From the NCBI RefSeq assembly GCF_009834535.1, contig NC_045712.1, positions 34,534,001 to 34,598,000 on the forward strand: a stretch of DNA of 64,000 bases, written 5' to 3'. Shown here piece after piece: positions 13,201 to 24,500 of this stretch. Every line of letters begins with the position of its first letter. Positions within the stretch are counted from its first letter, which is position 1. The stretch comes from Camelus ferus. Its lineage: Eukaryota. The notes beneath the pieces are model-generated. The model was not told the origin of the DNA and made no database searches. It saw only the letters and a program-made list of their open reading frames with translations. A program made the translations under genes and the position numbers.

Positions 13201-16200
13201 GACTGAGCCAACTCGACCCCCGCCCTGACTTCTCTGTCCGCTGCAGCCCAGCTCCTATCACCTTCCGCCAACAGGTCTCTCACCCGATGCCCTTTCTCAC
13301 CCCCTGGCAGCCCCCTCCTGGAACGTGAGCATGGATACCCAGGCCCAGCAGCTGATCCTTCACTTCTCCTCACGGATGCGTGCCACCTTCAGTGCTGCCT
13401 GGAGCCACCCAGGCTTGGGGCAGGACAGCTGGGTGCCCCCTGTGTACAGCATCAGCCAGGTATGGCCCAGCCAGGGCTCGGCCCCCACTAGGACCTGTTG
13501 ATTACGGCACCGCAGGTGGAGGCCAGCAAATCTCTAACTGACATCATCTGGTTATTTATTTACCTGAGTGGCCTTTGTTCATCTGCCTCCTCTGCCAGTC
13601 AGTGGTGTCTTCGATAGAGCAGTTTCTCATCCTTTTAGTTTCTGAGTCTACAGGAGTAAACAGAAGCAAGAGGCTGGCCCTCCCACCCCCAGCTGTTCTC
13701 TGGCCCACTCGGACTGCCGCTGCATTTTATAGCGATCGATGCCTTCTCTTGAACCCAGCTGTCCTCTACCCTGGCTCCCCTGCCTGCCTCCACAGGGCGT
13801 CTGGCAGGAGTTCTCTGAGTATCTTTGGGAGGCGGGGCCCTGGAAGCTGAGGGCTCTTTGCTGAATACTGTAAACCACTGACAGGCTTAACCCTATTAAT
13901 GTGAACCAAAAACAGTCTGGCCGACTCTCTTCTGTATATGTGACATAAAAACCACAGTCAAGCCGCAAAACCACAGCAGCAGGCTGACTAAGCATGGCCA
14001 GCTCTTTTGAGTTCTCTCTCACTCGTGTGCAGCTTGTTTGTTTAGTACTGTATGAGGGCTCCCAAGCAGACAGGTGGTAGCAAATACTTAAGATTTAAGA
14101 CTAAGTCATGTGGGGTCATCTAAAATTGAAAGCTAAATCCATGGACTCCTTTCTGTGGGCTGGGAAAAGACCACCTTCATTGAGTTTAACCATGATTTGA
14201 GAGCCACTGCATCAGGACCTGCCTGGGGTCTGGGACAGGGGCTGGGGTGGCGGGTAGGGAGTGGAGGGTGTTCCCAAAGAATGGAAACTGATCAGCTCCC
14301 TAACCAGCACCCTCTTCACACAGGGTAAATCCACATCCTGCCTGTAGACAGATGGCTATCAGTTCTGCCCCGTTCATCATGTATTTATTGAATGCTTACT
14401 CTGGGCCCACTCTGTATTAGGTCCTGGGAGATGGAAGAGAAGTATATGACACAGTCTGTGCCTCTAAGAAGTCCACAGTGTCATAACGGCTGCTACTAGT
14501 AAATGAACCCACCCTGCACTGTGTGTTATAAAGGGCACTCAAGTGCATATTCCCATGTGGTGCTTTCAATAACCCAGGAAAATAAGATTATTATCTCTCA
14601 TACACAAATGAAGAAACTGAGACTCAGGGAGGAAGGTAGCTTATCTCCACGCAGAGATCCCACACTGGGAGCCACAAAGGCAAGAGTTTAGCCTGACTTT
14701 GTTAGCTGTGGTCTCCTGACTCAAGTTGTAGAGTCTTTAAGTTCTTTCCAGTGGACAAGCTGCCCCTTCAGTTGTGCAGGACAGAGAAGGGAGGCAGTGT
14801 ATAATTAGCCTCCTGGTTTGTGAGCTGCTGGAGCAGAGACAATGTCTGTGCCAGCCTTGTCTCCTCAGGGCTTGGCACAGAGTAGGCCCCTAGAGTGTGT
14901 TTGTTGACCAGGGCCCAGTTGCCTGATTAAGGTATGTCTGTGCAGCAGTTCAGATCTGGGAATGATCAGCAGGATCTGGGAATGAAGCCTGGGAAGCCTT
15001 CTTCTCTGGGTGGCACTGGGCCCTAAGCCTGGGTTGGATTTGGGTGAGGGGGTGTGGAAAGGAGGAGCACAGGAGGGGCAAGCGCTCCAAGGCTGGACAG
15101 AGCCCAGCTTGCTTCTGTGGGGACATTCCTGCTCTTTGTTCCGACAGACTCAGGGCTCAAGCCCAGTGACACTAGACCTCATCATTCCCTTCCTGAGGCC
15201 GGGGGGCTGTGTCCTGGTAAGGAATCCTGCCCTCCCTCTGCATACACTCCCCTGGCATCTACTCCACAGGTGGCGCATGGGGCAAATCCAGTCTGCAACA
15301 ATGTTTGGTCAGGCCAGCGTGATGTTCAAAATTGGAATTTGCTGCTACCATTTGAATATTGGGAGATGTCATTTTATAAAGCTGTTTTCTGACATCTCTT
15401 GAAAAATCAGAAAACCTGGTGCTTTGTGTCCACATTCAGGCCTGGTGATAATGGGCTGGAGCTCAGTGGTGTCTGACTACTTCAGTCAGGACCTGTGCCC
15501 TCCAGGCCCTCATGGATGCCCTGGTAAACTTTGGGTTTACTTTTTGAGTTTGCCGCTCTTGACCTTGTTCTGTGCCCAGCTGGAACTGCACGAGACACAG
15601 ACCCTGGGCTGGAGGAATTCCCTAACCAGGGAGACTTCCCTTCTCCAACCCCATGCCTCCTTCCACTTTCCCTGGGAGGAGGGGCTGCCCTGGCTCACAG
15701 GGGTGGGGGGCTCTGTGCCCTCAGGTGTGGAGGTCAGATGTCCAGTTTGCCTGGAAGCACCTCTTGTGTCCAGACGGTGAGTTCTTGGGAGGGGAAGGGG
15801 TAAGTGGGAGGTTGGGCACTGAGGAGCTGGGCTGGGCCTCACCCTGCTTGACTCAGTCTCTCATAGACACCTGGGGCTTTTGATCCTGGCACTGCTGGCC
15901 TTCACCACCCTCTTGGGCGTCGTTATGGTCCTCACCCGCCGGCGCCCACTGTCAGGTAAGCTCACTCGGGGGGATCCTGGGCATTCAGACCTTCTTGGCT
16001 CCTAGGTTAGTTGCCCACATCCCTCTCCTACCCAGGCTCCCTTCCCAGACAGCCACTGCCCTGCCGATGCGCCTAGCTGTTACCCGAAGCGCTGAGCCTC
16101 AGGCTGCCTAGTGGGCGGGAATGGTTCAGGCAGGGCAAAGGTCCCTCTGCAGGTGGTTCGCTGTGCCCTCTCTAGGCAAGAGGCTAGTGAGGCGTAAATC

Positions 16201-16940
16201 CAGCCTGCCCTCGCCCCTTCCTGGGCAACCAAAGGCACCCTATAGGCTAAAGCTGCATCCGGTGCCTACCCCCAGCGCAGATAAGAAACTGGGGCGGGCA
16301 CCCTATCATGTAGCCCTGAGGCCAGGGAGGAGAGGGCTGGGCTGTCTGGGCCCCCTACCCCGTTCCTCTGTTTCTCCCACCCCCAGGCTTGGGCCCAGCG
16401 CCGGTACTGCTCCTGCACGCGGCGGACTCCNNNNNNNNNNNNNNNNNNNNNNNNNNNNNNNNNNNNNNNNNNNNNNNNNNNNNNNNNNNNNNNNNNNNNN
16501 NNNNNNNNNNNNNNNNNNNNNNNNNNNNNNNNNNNNNNNNNNNNNNNNNNNNNNNNNNNNNNNNNNNNNNNNNNNNNNTGGCGCGGGAGCGGGGCACCGT
16601 GGTCCTGCTGTGGGGCAGCGCGGGCCCCAGCCCCGCCGGCGGCCGGGATCCCCGCGCCGCGCCCCTGCGCGCCCTGCTCCGCGCCGCCCCGCGCCCGCTG
16701 CTGCTGCTCGCTTACTTCAGTCGCCTCTGCGCCAAGGGCGACATTCCCCCGCCGCTACGCGCCCTGCCACGCTACCGCCTGCTGCACGACCTGCCACGCC
16801 TGCTGCGGGCGCTGGACGCGTGCCCTTCCACCAAAGTCACTGGTTGGGGCGGTCTCGGGGCCCGATCATGCCTGAGGGGTCGCCTAGAGCTCTGTCGCCA
16901 ACTGGAACGCGAGGCCGCCAAACTTGCAGACCAAGGCTAA
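7223..16940 (+). CDS. IL17RE: Interleukin-17 receptor E, 16 coding exons
   Basis: Exons: 7223-7342, 7685-7700, 8283-8405, 9012-9115, 9334-9493, 9588-9727, 10601-10669, 11572-11638, 12710-12885, 12966-13013, 13094-13139, 13311(or 13275)-13459, 15148-15216, 15725-15776, 15857-15955 (TM), 16387-16940 (SEFIR; contains N gap). All introns GT-AG with matching phases; 1992 nt = 663 aa with the short exon 12. Diagnostic peptides: MGNPRLAALLLPL, GPEFSFDLLPE, CPFQSWPEAYGSDFW, VWRSDVQFAWKHLLCPD, LAYFSRLCAKGDIPPPLRALPRY. Confidence 0.96.
12018..12150 (-). mobile_element. tRNA-Ala-derived SINE (Vic-1-like), IL17RE intron 8
   Basis: Reverse strand reads GTAGAGCTCAGTGGTAGAGCACGTGCTTAGCATGCTCAGGGTCCTGGGTTCAATCCCCAGTACCTC plus an A-rich tail. 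11-bp TSD CCAACTCCTTA at 12007-12017 and 12151-12161. Confidence 0.9.
13600..14209. mobile_element. Possible hAT-Charlie DNA transposon relic
   Basis: Right end TTTGAGAGCCACTG resembles the Charlie/MER5 TIR; a degenerate CAGTGGTGTCTT lies at about 13600. Family not identified. Confidence 0.35.
16431..16578. other. Assembly gap (148 N) inside IL17RE exon 16
   Basis: Run of N; the reading frame is preserved across it. Confidence 0.99.
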
Positions 16941-17503
16941 GCAGAGCTCCAGCGCAGTCCGGATGTCTGTGGCCGCACTGGCGGGAACCCCACCGAGTGA
17001 GGCTTGTACACTGGAATCCTTGGGGTGCCTTCTCCGAACTACTGGCCAAAAAGCCTCACTCTGCCTCCCAGCCCCGGAGCAGAGCATCTCACCCACTGCC
17101 CCCACCCGTTTCCCACGCGTGTCAGGCTTCTTCCTCAGGCTTATGTTTCCTCAGAACCCAGGGTGAGTCACTGTTTCCTGAGAACTCTGACCCCAGGCCT
17201 GTTGCGGGTGGGGGACCGTCCCACTTCCGCTCTCCAAAACTCCAGAGAGAGAGTAGTCTGCACATGCTCCAGTCCAGGCAGGAGAGGTTGGACAGGGGTA
17301 GGCAAGGCAGGGAGAGTGGCAGTTCTGAGTGGGAGGTGGCTCTTGAGGGGGTCGGGGGAGAGAAAACCCCTTTGGGAGCCAGGGCTGCCCCTTTCCCAGA
17401 CCAAGGAGGGAGGGAGGGAGGCCTCTGGACTCAGGGAAAGAGGCTTGGGCCCTGTGTGGCCAGGTTGAAGAACGGACTGTAGAGCTAGAGATATAGAAAG
17501 ATG

Positions 17504-17509
17504 AATAAA
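17504..17509 (+). terminator. Probable IL17RE polyadenylation signal
   Basis: First AATAAA I found after the TAA at 16940, about 560 nt downstream. Confidence 0.55.
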
Positions 17510-18273
17510 GGCAAACACGATGGATAAACTAAGAAACACATGGTGCTTCTCCAGTGTGCCTGGGATGCCAAGTTGGGAGAAGGGTCAGCAAGACCATGCC
17601 TGGGGATGGTTATGCATCATTTTGTGGCCCAAATCCTGCACGTCCACACCCACATCCACATCTGTCACCTCACAAGCAATGCCTCTGAGAAGGCAAAGGA
17701 GATCCCAGAAATCTTGATCCTCGCTGTGATTCTTCAGAGAGAAGAAAGGAAAACACAGATTCAGAAAGGTGGTATGGTCCATTGTCAGGCAGCCAGCCAT
17801 GCCAACAGCACAAGTAGGACCCTGTCTACCTGGCTCTGGGTCCTGGGTTCCTCCCCCCCAACACCACACTTGCACGTAGGCCAGGAAGTGGTGAAAAGCC
17901 CACTTTCTGGCGCCCCTTGTCCCTGCCTTTAGAGCTCCTGTCCCACAAAGGGTCAGTCAGGACCAAGGAGTGTATGTGAAGGGACCTGGGGTGCCCAGTA
18001 AGAGGGGACTCAGTGGCCTCCAAGATTCCAGAGTCACATGGGAAGCAGAAATGCCCCAGGATTGCCCAGGCCCTGGGGTGTCTCCTCCTTAGGACTCCCA
18101 GGGTGAGTAAGAGCTCCCTTATTCAGCCATGAGGCCACCACCCTGTCCAAGAGCCCCTCCCAGCCAGGTGTCAGCAGAGAAGAAGGAGGAGGGGAGAAAA
18201 AGAGGGAGGAGGCGAAGCCACCACTCCAGGCCAAGACTGCTGGCTCCCAGTCCTGGTGTTGGTGGGAGGGACA

Positions 18274-18430
18274 GGGCGGGGCGGGAACAGCTGCCTGGCT
18301 GCCTGCCGGGAGCCAAAACGAAAGCACTTTGGCTGGGACGGGAGTCAGGACTCCTGGGAGAGGGAGTGCGCAAGCTAGCCAGCTCCAGGACCCCGAGGCT
18401 GGGGAGGGATTCCCGCCCCTTCTGCCCACA
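18274..18430 (+). promoter_or_regulatory. GC-rich proximal promoter of IL17RC
   Basis: Overlapping GC boxes GGGCGGGGCGGG at 18274-18285 and GC-rich sequence 100-250 nt upstream of the ATG at 18531. Confidence 0.45.
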
Positions 18431-18530
18431 GGCGCGGGGCTGAGTGGGAGCAGAGGTGCGGCGTCTGCCCCCCCCCTCGGGGGGGGACAGGACAGGGCCT
18501 CAGGCCTGGGTGCCTTCTGACACCTGGAAG

Positions 18531-21500
18531 ATGCCTGTGTCCTGGTTCCTTCTATCCTTGGCACTGGGCCGAAACCCTGTGGTCCTCTCTCTAGAGAGGG
18601 TGGTGGGGCTTCAGGATGCTGCCCGCTGCTCTCCGGTGAGTCTGGGGGCTGGGGAGGGTTAGAGAAGGCTCAGGGTTCGGTCTGCGGCCACTGAGGCCCT
18701 AGCCTGGCTCCTGTCACTGCCATCGCTGTCAGAACCGCCCTGGCTGGTCTGTCGGGTGCTGATGGGGTAAGAGAAGAATGGGGAGGGGGCAAGAGCTGGG
18801 TCTGTCTTCTTCCGGGAGGGACCTGGAAAAGGGAGCCCCAGAAAGAGGTGGGCGAGCTCTGGGCCTCAGGCAGGGAAAGATGGTGATTAGATTTGGAGGC
18901 ATAAACTGATTGATCTTTACCTCCTTCCCAGGGCCTTTCCTGCCACCTCTGGGGTGAGTAGCCATACTTTTAGAGAGAAGATTTTCCCAGTTTATCGGGG
19001 CGGGGGGGGGTAGCTGTTCAGTCCCAGGCCCGCACCGCCCACCCGCAGTCCAGGAAGAGCCCAAAGCTCCTTGGCCCTCTGGGGGTGTCAGGTGCAACCA
19101 GACACTGGGTCTGAACAGCCTCAGCTCCCATCCCACCCTTCGCACACAGATGGTGATGTGCTCTGCCTGCCTGGGAGCATCGTGTCCGCTCCAGGCCCCG
19201 TGCTGGTGCCCACTCGCCTGCAGACAGAGCTGGTGCTAAGATGCCACGAGGAGACCGACTGTGACCTCTGTGTGCGTGTGGTCATCCACTTGGCTGTGCA
19301 TGGTGAGCCTGTCATCCTGTGACTGTGCATGGGTGCACGTGAGTGTTTCTGGGATGGGCAGGAGGCCCCGGGGGTCTGCACTGGGCATCCTCAGTATTCT
19401 CTGCAGGATACTGGCTGACAGACACCCCAGTTTAGCCTCGTCTCCCCATCCACCCCCAGGCACCAGGCCTGGCCTCTGCTTCTCAGCCCTGAACTTTCCA
19501 GAAGGAAACCATACCCAAAGCCAGAGCTGGGGCCTGAACTGAGCCTTGCTCTCGGGTCCTTCCAGGGTCCTGGGAAGAGCCTGAAGATGAAGAGAAGTTT
19601 GGGGGAGCAGCTGACGCAGAGCTCGAGGAGCACAGGAACGGTGAGGAGAACCCGGCTGGCCCAACTGCCCATCCTCGGAGCCTTGCCTGGGGCCCTTGGG
19701 CCTGACTGCCCCCCTGCCCTGTTGCTCACAGCCTCTCTCCAGGCCCACGTCGTGCTCTCCTTCCAGGCCTACCCTACTGCCCGCTGCGTCCTGCTGGAAG
19801 TGCAAGTGCCCGCTGCCCTTGTGCAGCCCGGTCAGCCTGTGGTATGCGAATTAATGATAACAATAACCAGCTTCAAAGGTGAAATGTGTGAAGTGCTTTC
19901 ACGTGCATTATCTCTTTAAGTCCTGATTCTGGCAGGACTCTGGGCAAGTCCTCTCAGTCCTTTATGCCTCAGTTTTCCTGTCTGTAAAGTGAGACTAAGA
20001 ATAGTCCTGCATCATATGGCTGTGATGAGGATTAAGTGAGTTGATATATGTAAAAACACCTGGGATAACGCTCAGTGTGGAAGGACCTTGGAAAGTTTAA
20101 TTTTTACTTCCTTTTGTAATCCTCAAAACTCCCCCCTTGAACTAGGGTTTGTTATTACCCTTGTGCTCCAGATAGAGAAACTGAGGCTTGCAGAGGGGAA
20201 GTCAGTCTGCGGGCTGGATCCACTTCTCCAGACCTCCTGCCGTACCATGTCTGCCCCACGTGCACCATGGTGCCAAGTGTTGGGGCTTCTCCCGACCTCA
20301 GGGGGCCGCACGTGGGTGGAAGATGTATCTCGCCTCGGGCCAGGTCGCTCAAACCCTTGACTTCCCCTCCTGACCCCGGTCCCCAGCCAGTATCCTCTTA
20401 CCTGGAAAATAATGGGAGAACACTGCTAGCCCACCTCACAGGGCAATCATGTGGCCCACTGAGACACTGGGTGTAGGAACCACTTCTGTGCGGAGGGTCT
20501 CTGATGGCTTAGCTTTGGCATATGATCCAGAACAGCAGAGATGAGGCGTGGACTTATCCCTACCCTGCCGCCACCCCTCCTGAGATGTGTGCTCCTGGAG
20601 GCCCTTGAGGACACTTTTATGGCAGAATTTGGGGCCATACAGTATAACAGTTCTCAGCTGGGACTAGGGGAGTGGGTGAGTGGAGCGGTCCATGGACAGG
20701 AGCCCAGAGTCCTCGGCCTCAATTCTGAGCCCTACACTACCAGCCTTCCACCACCCTCTCCTCACAGGGCTCTGTAGTATTTGACTGCTTCGAGGCCGCC
20801 CTGGGGGCTGAGGTGCGAATCTGGTCCTACACTCAGCCCAGGTACCAGAAAGAACTCAACCTCACACAGCAGCTGCCTGGTAAGTGGCCCCAGAGCCTCA
20901 GGGGCCCCAAATGCTGCCCTCCACCCCAGTCACTCTCCCCGCTGGCCCCTGCCCTTCTGCTTTCACACTCTTCCCAGGCCCACTCAGTCTCACTCCTGTC
21001 CTCCCCAGTCCCAGTCCCTTGTGCCTCCTCTCCCCAGGTGACATTGCTTCCCAGTGCCCGGGGAAGGTATTTTGGGCCCTGGAATAGATGTGGGTGGTAT
21101 TTAGGGAACAGGGAGCCCTTCTCAGGGCTCCCCATGGGTTGGATTGCCCCCCTTCTTTCTCTGGCTCCCAATCCCACTGGAGGCTTTTCTGTGATCTCTC
21201 CCCAGACTGCAGGGGGCTCGAAGTCCAGGACAGCATCCAGAGCTGCTGGGGTAGGGGCTAGGGCCAGCAGGGCTGGGAGGAGGGTGGGGCTGCTTCTGGA
21301 GTGTGAGGGACCCTCGGAGTTGACTTCCGTTCTGGTGGCCACATCTCAGAGGCTCTCAGACTTCATTCATTCATTCATTCATTCATTCATCACACATGAA
21401 CTGCAGTAGCTCCTACTTAGTTCCAAGCACTAGGAATATAAAGGTATATCTCTCAATCCTCATAACACATTTATTAGGGATATCTAGAAGCCCTAAAGCA

Positions 21501-24500
21501 TTGTCAAGATTATGGTGCACCCCCATATATCAAAATTAACATAATATTAAACCATAAAATAGGGGCTAAGAAACTCAAGTTTCTGATGACTTTTCCCATG
21601 CACTATTTGGATTTTATTTTTGTTTTGTTCATTTTTTTTTTTTTGTTCTGTATATTCTTCCCTATCATGGCATAACATACAGAGAAGTGGGTAAATTGCA
21701 CTACTTTTAAAGTCCATTTCAGTTAATTTTTACATATGTATGTACCTGCATAACTACCAGCCAGATCGAGAGATAAACACTGCAATGTTTTTTGAATCCT
21801 TAAATTATTTCAACTTCATTTTCTATTTAGTTTCTTAAACTTAAGCTTGCTGCCTCTTTGGTAATTCATTTAAGACCACTCAGCTCTGGAGCTTTGAGGA
21901 CACAGATACACATCATGAATTTCATGCTTCATTCTTTCAGGAAACATTGATTTACTCATTCATCAGACACTTACTGAGTAATTACTCTGCCCAAAGAATA
22001 GCCCTAGGCATTAGAGGTAAACCAATTTTTAAAAACTGACATAATAAACAAAAAACCTGACCAAAATCCGTGCTCTCATAGAGGGAGTCAAGGTCAGGGC
22101 AGGGGTGATGGAGGATACAACAAACACATAGAAATGTGAAATATGCAGTAAGTTGGACGGTAATTAGTGCTATGGAGAAAATTCGGGGGAGAGGGATAGG
22201 GAGGTTGGGAGCTGCAGATGTCAGTGAGCGAAAGACCTGAAGGAGGTGAGGGAGGAGATGTGGGTGTCAGAAGGAGGAGGGTTCCATGCAGAAGGAATAG
22301 CCAGTGCAAAGGGCCTGAGACAGGAGTATGTCTATTGTGTTAGTAAGGAGACCAGTGTGTCTGCAGCAGATTAATTAAGGACAAGAGTGCTAGGAAATGA
22401 GGTTAGAGTGGTCACAGCAGCCAGATTGGGGAGGGCCTTGAAAGCCATTGCAAGGACCCTTGCTTTACTCTGGGAGTGATGTGAGGGCCATCAGGAGGTT
22501 CTGAGCAGAGGAGAATGACTTATTTTACAGTGGTTACAGGATCTTTCTGGTGCAGAGGGAGAAGCAAGGAGAAGAGCTGTCTCAAGACCACGTACTGGGG
22601 CCTACGTGGGCTTGGCCTTGGGATGTGGCCAAAGTCTGGTGCAAGATGGGGACATAGGCTATGCCCACCAGAGGCCTCCTAGTCTAAGGGGTTTGAAGGA
22701 AACTCCAACGGGTCAGTGGATGGGTATGACCCAGGCTTGGGTGTGCAGAAGAAGTGAAGGAGGTCTGTCTCTCTGCCTCCCCGACAGCCCTGCCCTGGCT
22801 CAATGTGTCTGCAGATGGCGAAGACGTGCGCCTGGTGCTGGATGTCTCTGAGGAGCAGCGCTTTGGCCTCTCCCTGTACTGGAACCAGGCCCAGGGCCCT
22901 GCAAAACCCTGGTGGCACAGAAACCTGGTGAGGCCTCCCCCTCCCCAAGTCCATTCCCACTCTAGGCTGATGCCCGTGCTATGGATGCAAGTGCATTATC
23001 AAAGGGGATCACTGAAAAGGACACAGCCACCCACACCCAAAGCAAGGAACATTTGTGGAGAAACGGCTGCCTGCCTGGTGGCTCAACTTTGGCCTCCAGC
23101 CTTCCTCTTCCACATCTTCTCCAGCTTCTCCCCTCTGCTTGTCCCACAGACTGGGCCGCAGACCATTACGCTGAACCATACAGACCTGGTTCCCTGCCTC
23201 TGCATTCAGGTAGGAGCAGAGTCCAGCTGGGTGCCCGGGGAAGAGGATCGGAGAATTGGGAGAGGGTCCCCCTTTCCTTCCTGGTCTCCCCACCTCCACA
23301 GTCCTCTCTGAGGTGGAAACTATGGCTCCCTAAGGGGACTGGCCCTCCCTTGACCTTCACCGGCCAATGTCTTCTGCCGGTGCATGCCCTGAATGCTCTC
23401 TCTTTCGCAGATAATGAGGGCCAAGGAGGGCAGACTGTATGGGCTGAATGAATGCGTCCCCAGGGCCTAGCAGAGGGTTGACTGGGTTGGATTGAGCTGT
23501 GGAGTCCTGTTTCCTTTCCAGGTGTGGCCTCTGGAACCCGACTCCGTCAGGACCAGCATCTGCCCCTTTAAAGAGGGTGAGCGGACCAACAGGCCTGGCC
23601 AGGGTGGGAGCAGCGTGGGCCGCCACGTGCCGGGCTGGGGGTGCACAGTGACCCCGCCCTCTCCCTGCAGACCCCCGTGCACACCGGAACCTCTGGCGGG
23701 CTGCCCGGCTGCACCTGCTGCCCCCACAGGGCTGGCGGCTGGACGCACCGTGCTCACTGCCCGCCGAGGCCACACTGTGCTGGCAGGCTCTGGACGGGGG
23801 CCCCTGCCAGCCACTGGTCCCGCCGCTGCCTCGAGAGAATGTCACTGTGAACGTAAGTGAGGCGGCGGGAGGTTCCCGGGGTCGGGGAAGGGTTGGTTCC
23901 TGGGGACCGCCTCTCATGGCCCCACCCATGACCCTCTTTTCACAGAAGGCTCTTGAGTTCCCGTTGCTGAAAGGCCACCCCAACATCTGTATCCAGGCAA
24001 GAAAGGGGTGCCAGAGAGCTGGGCTGGGGGCAGGACTCCCCAAGGACCCCCAGATGAGTCATTGTCTTCTGGATCCACTTCATCCTTGGGTCCCTGGAGC
24101 AAAGTGGTAGCCGGCTTCCTCTTTAGGAGTTCCACTATTTACTTTAGCAGTCCCTGGGACCCTGGGCACTTCACCTCTCTGAACACCAGTCTCCTCACCT
24201 GTTTAGTGGGGATGATAATAATAACCTCGTCATAGTTATGAAAATTAAATGAGTGCCTCACCTTAGCGACTGGCACAGACTAATTGCTCAGTAAATATTT
24301 GCTGCTTTGATTATTGCTATAATTATCCTATTTCCCTACCTGCAGAAATGGGTTTGCTTTACAACTCCAAAGGTTTGTTATAAAAATATTAATTCAAGAT
24401 TTATTGAGCAGCTACTATGTGCCATGCACTGTTTTAGGCACTTGGGAGAGGTGTCAGTGAATAAAACCAGTAAATGTTCCCACCCTTGTAGAGCTTATGT

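Noticed and set aside
16121-17482. 453-aa + strand ORF overlapping IL17RE exon 16
   Set aside because: Alternative frame of a GC-rich exon, artificially lengthened by 148 N; low-complexity Pro/Arg/Ala content and no recognisable homology.
18406-18414. NF-kB-like GGGATTCCC in the IL17RC promoter
   Set aside because: Only 9 bp and an imperfect match to the 10-bp consensus; too weak alone.
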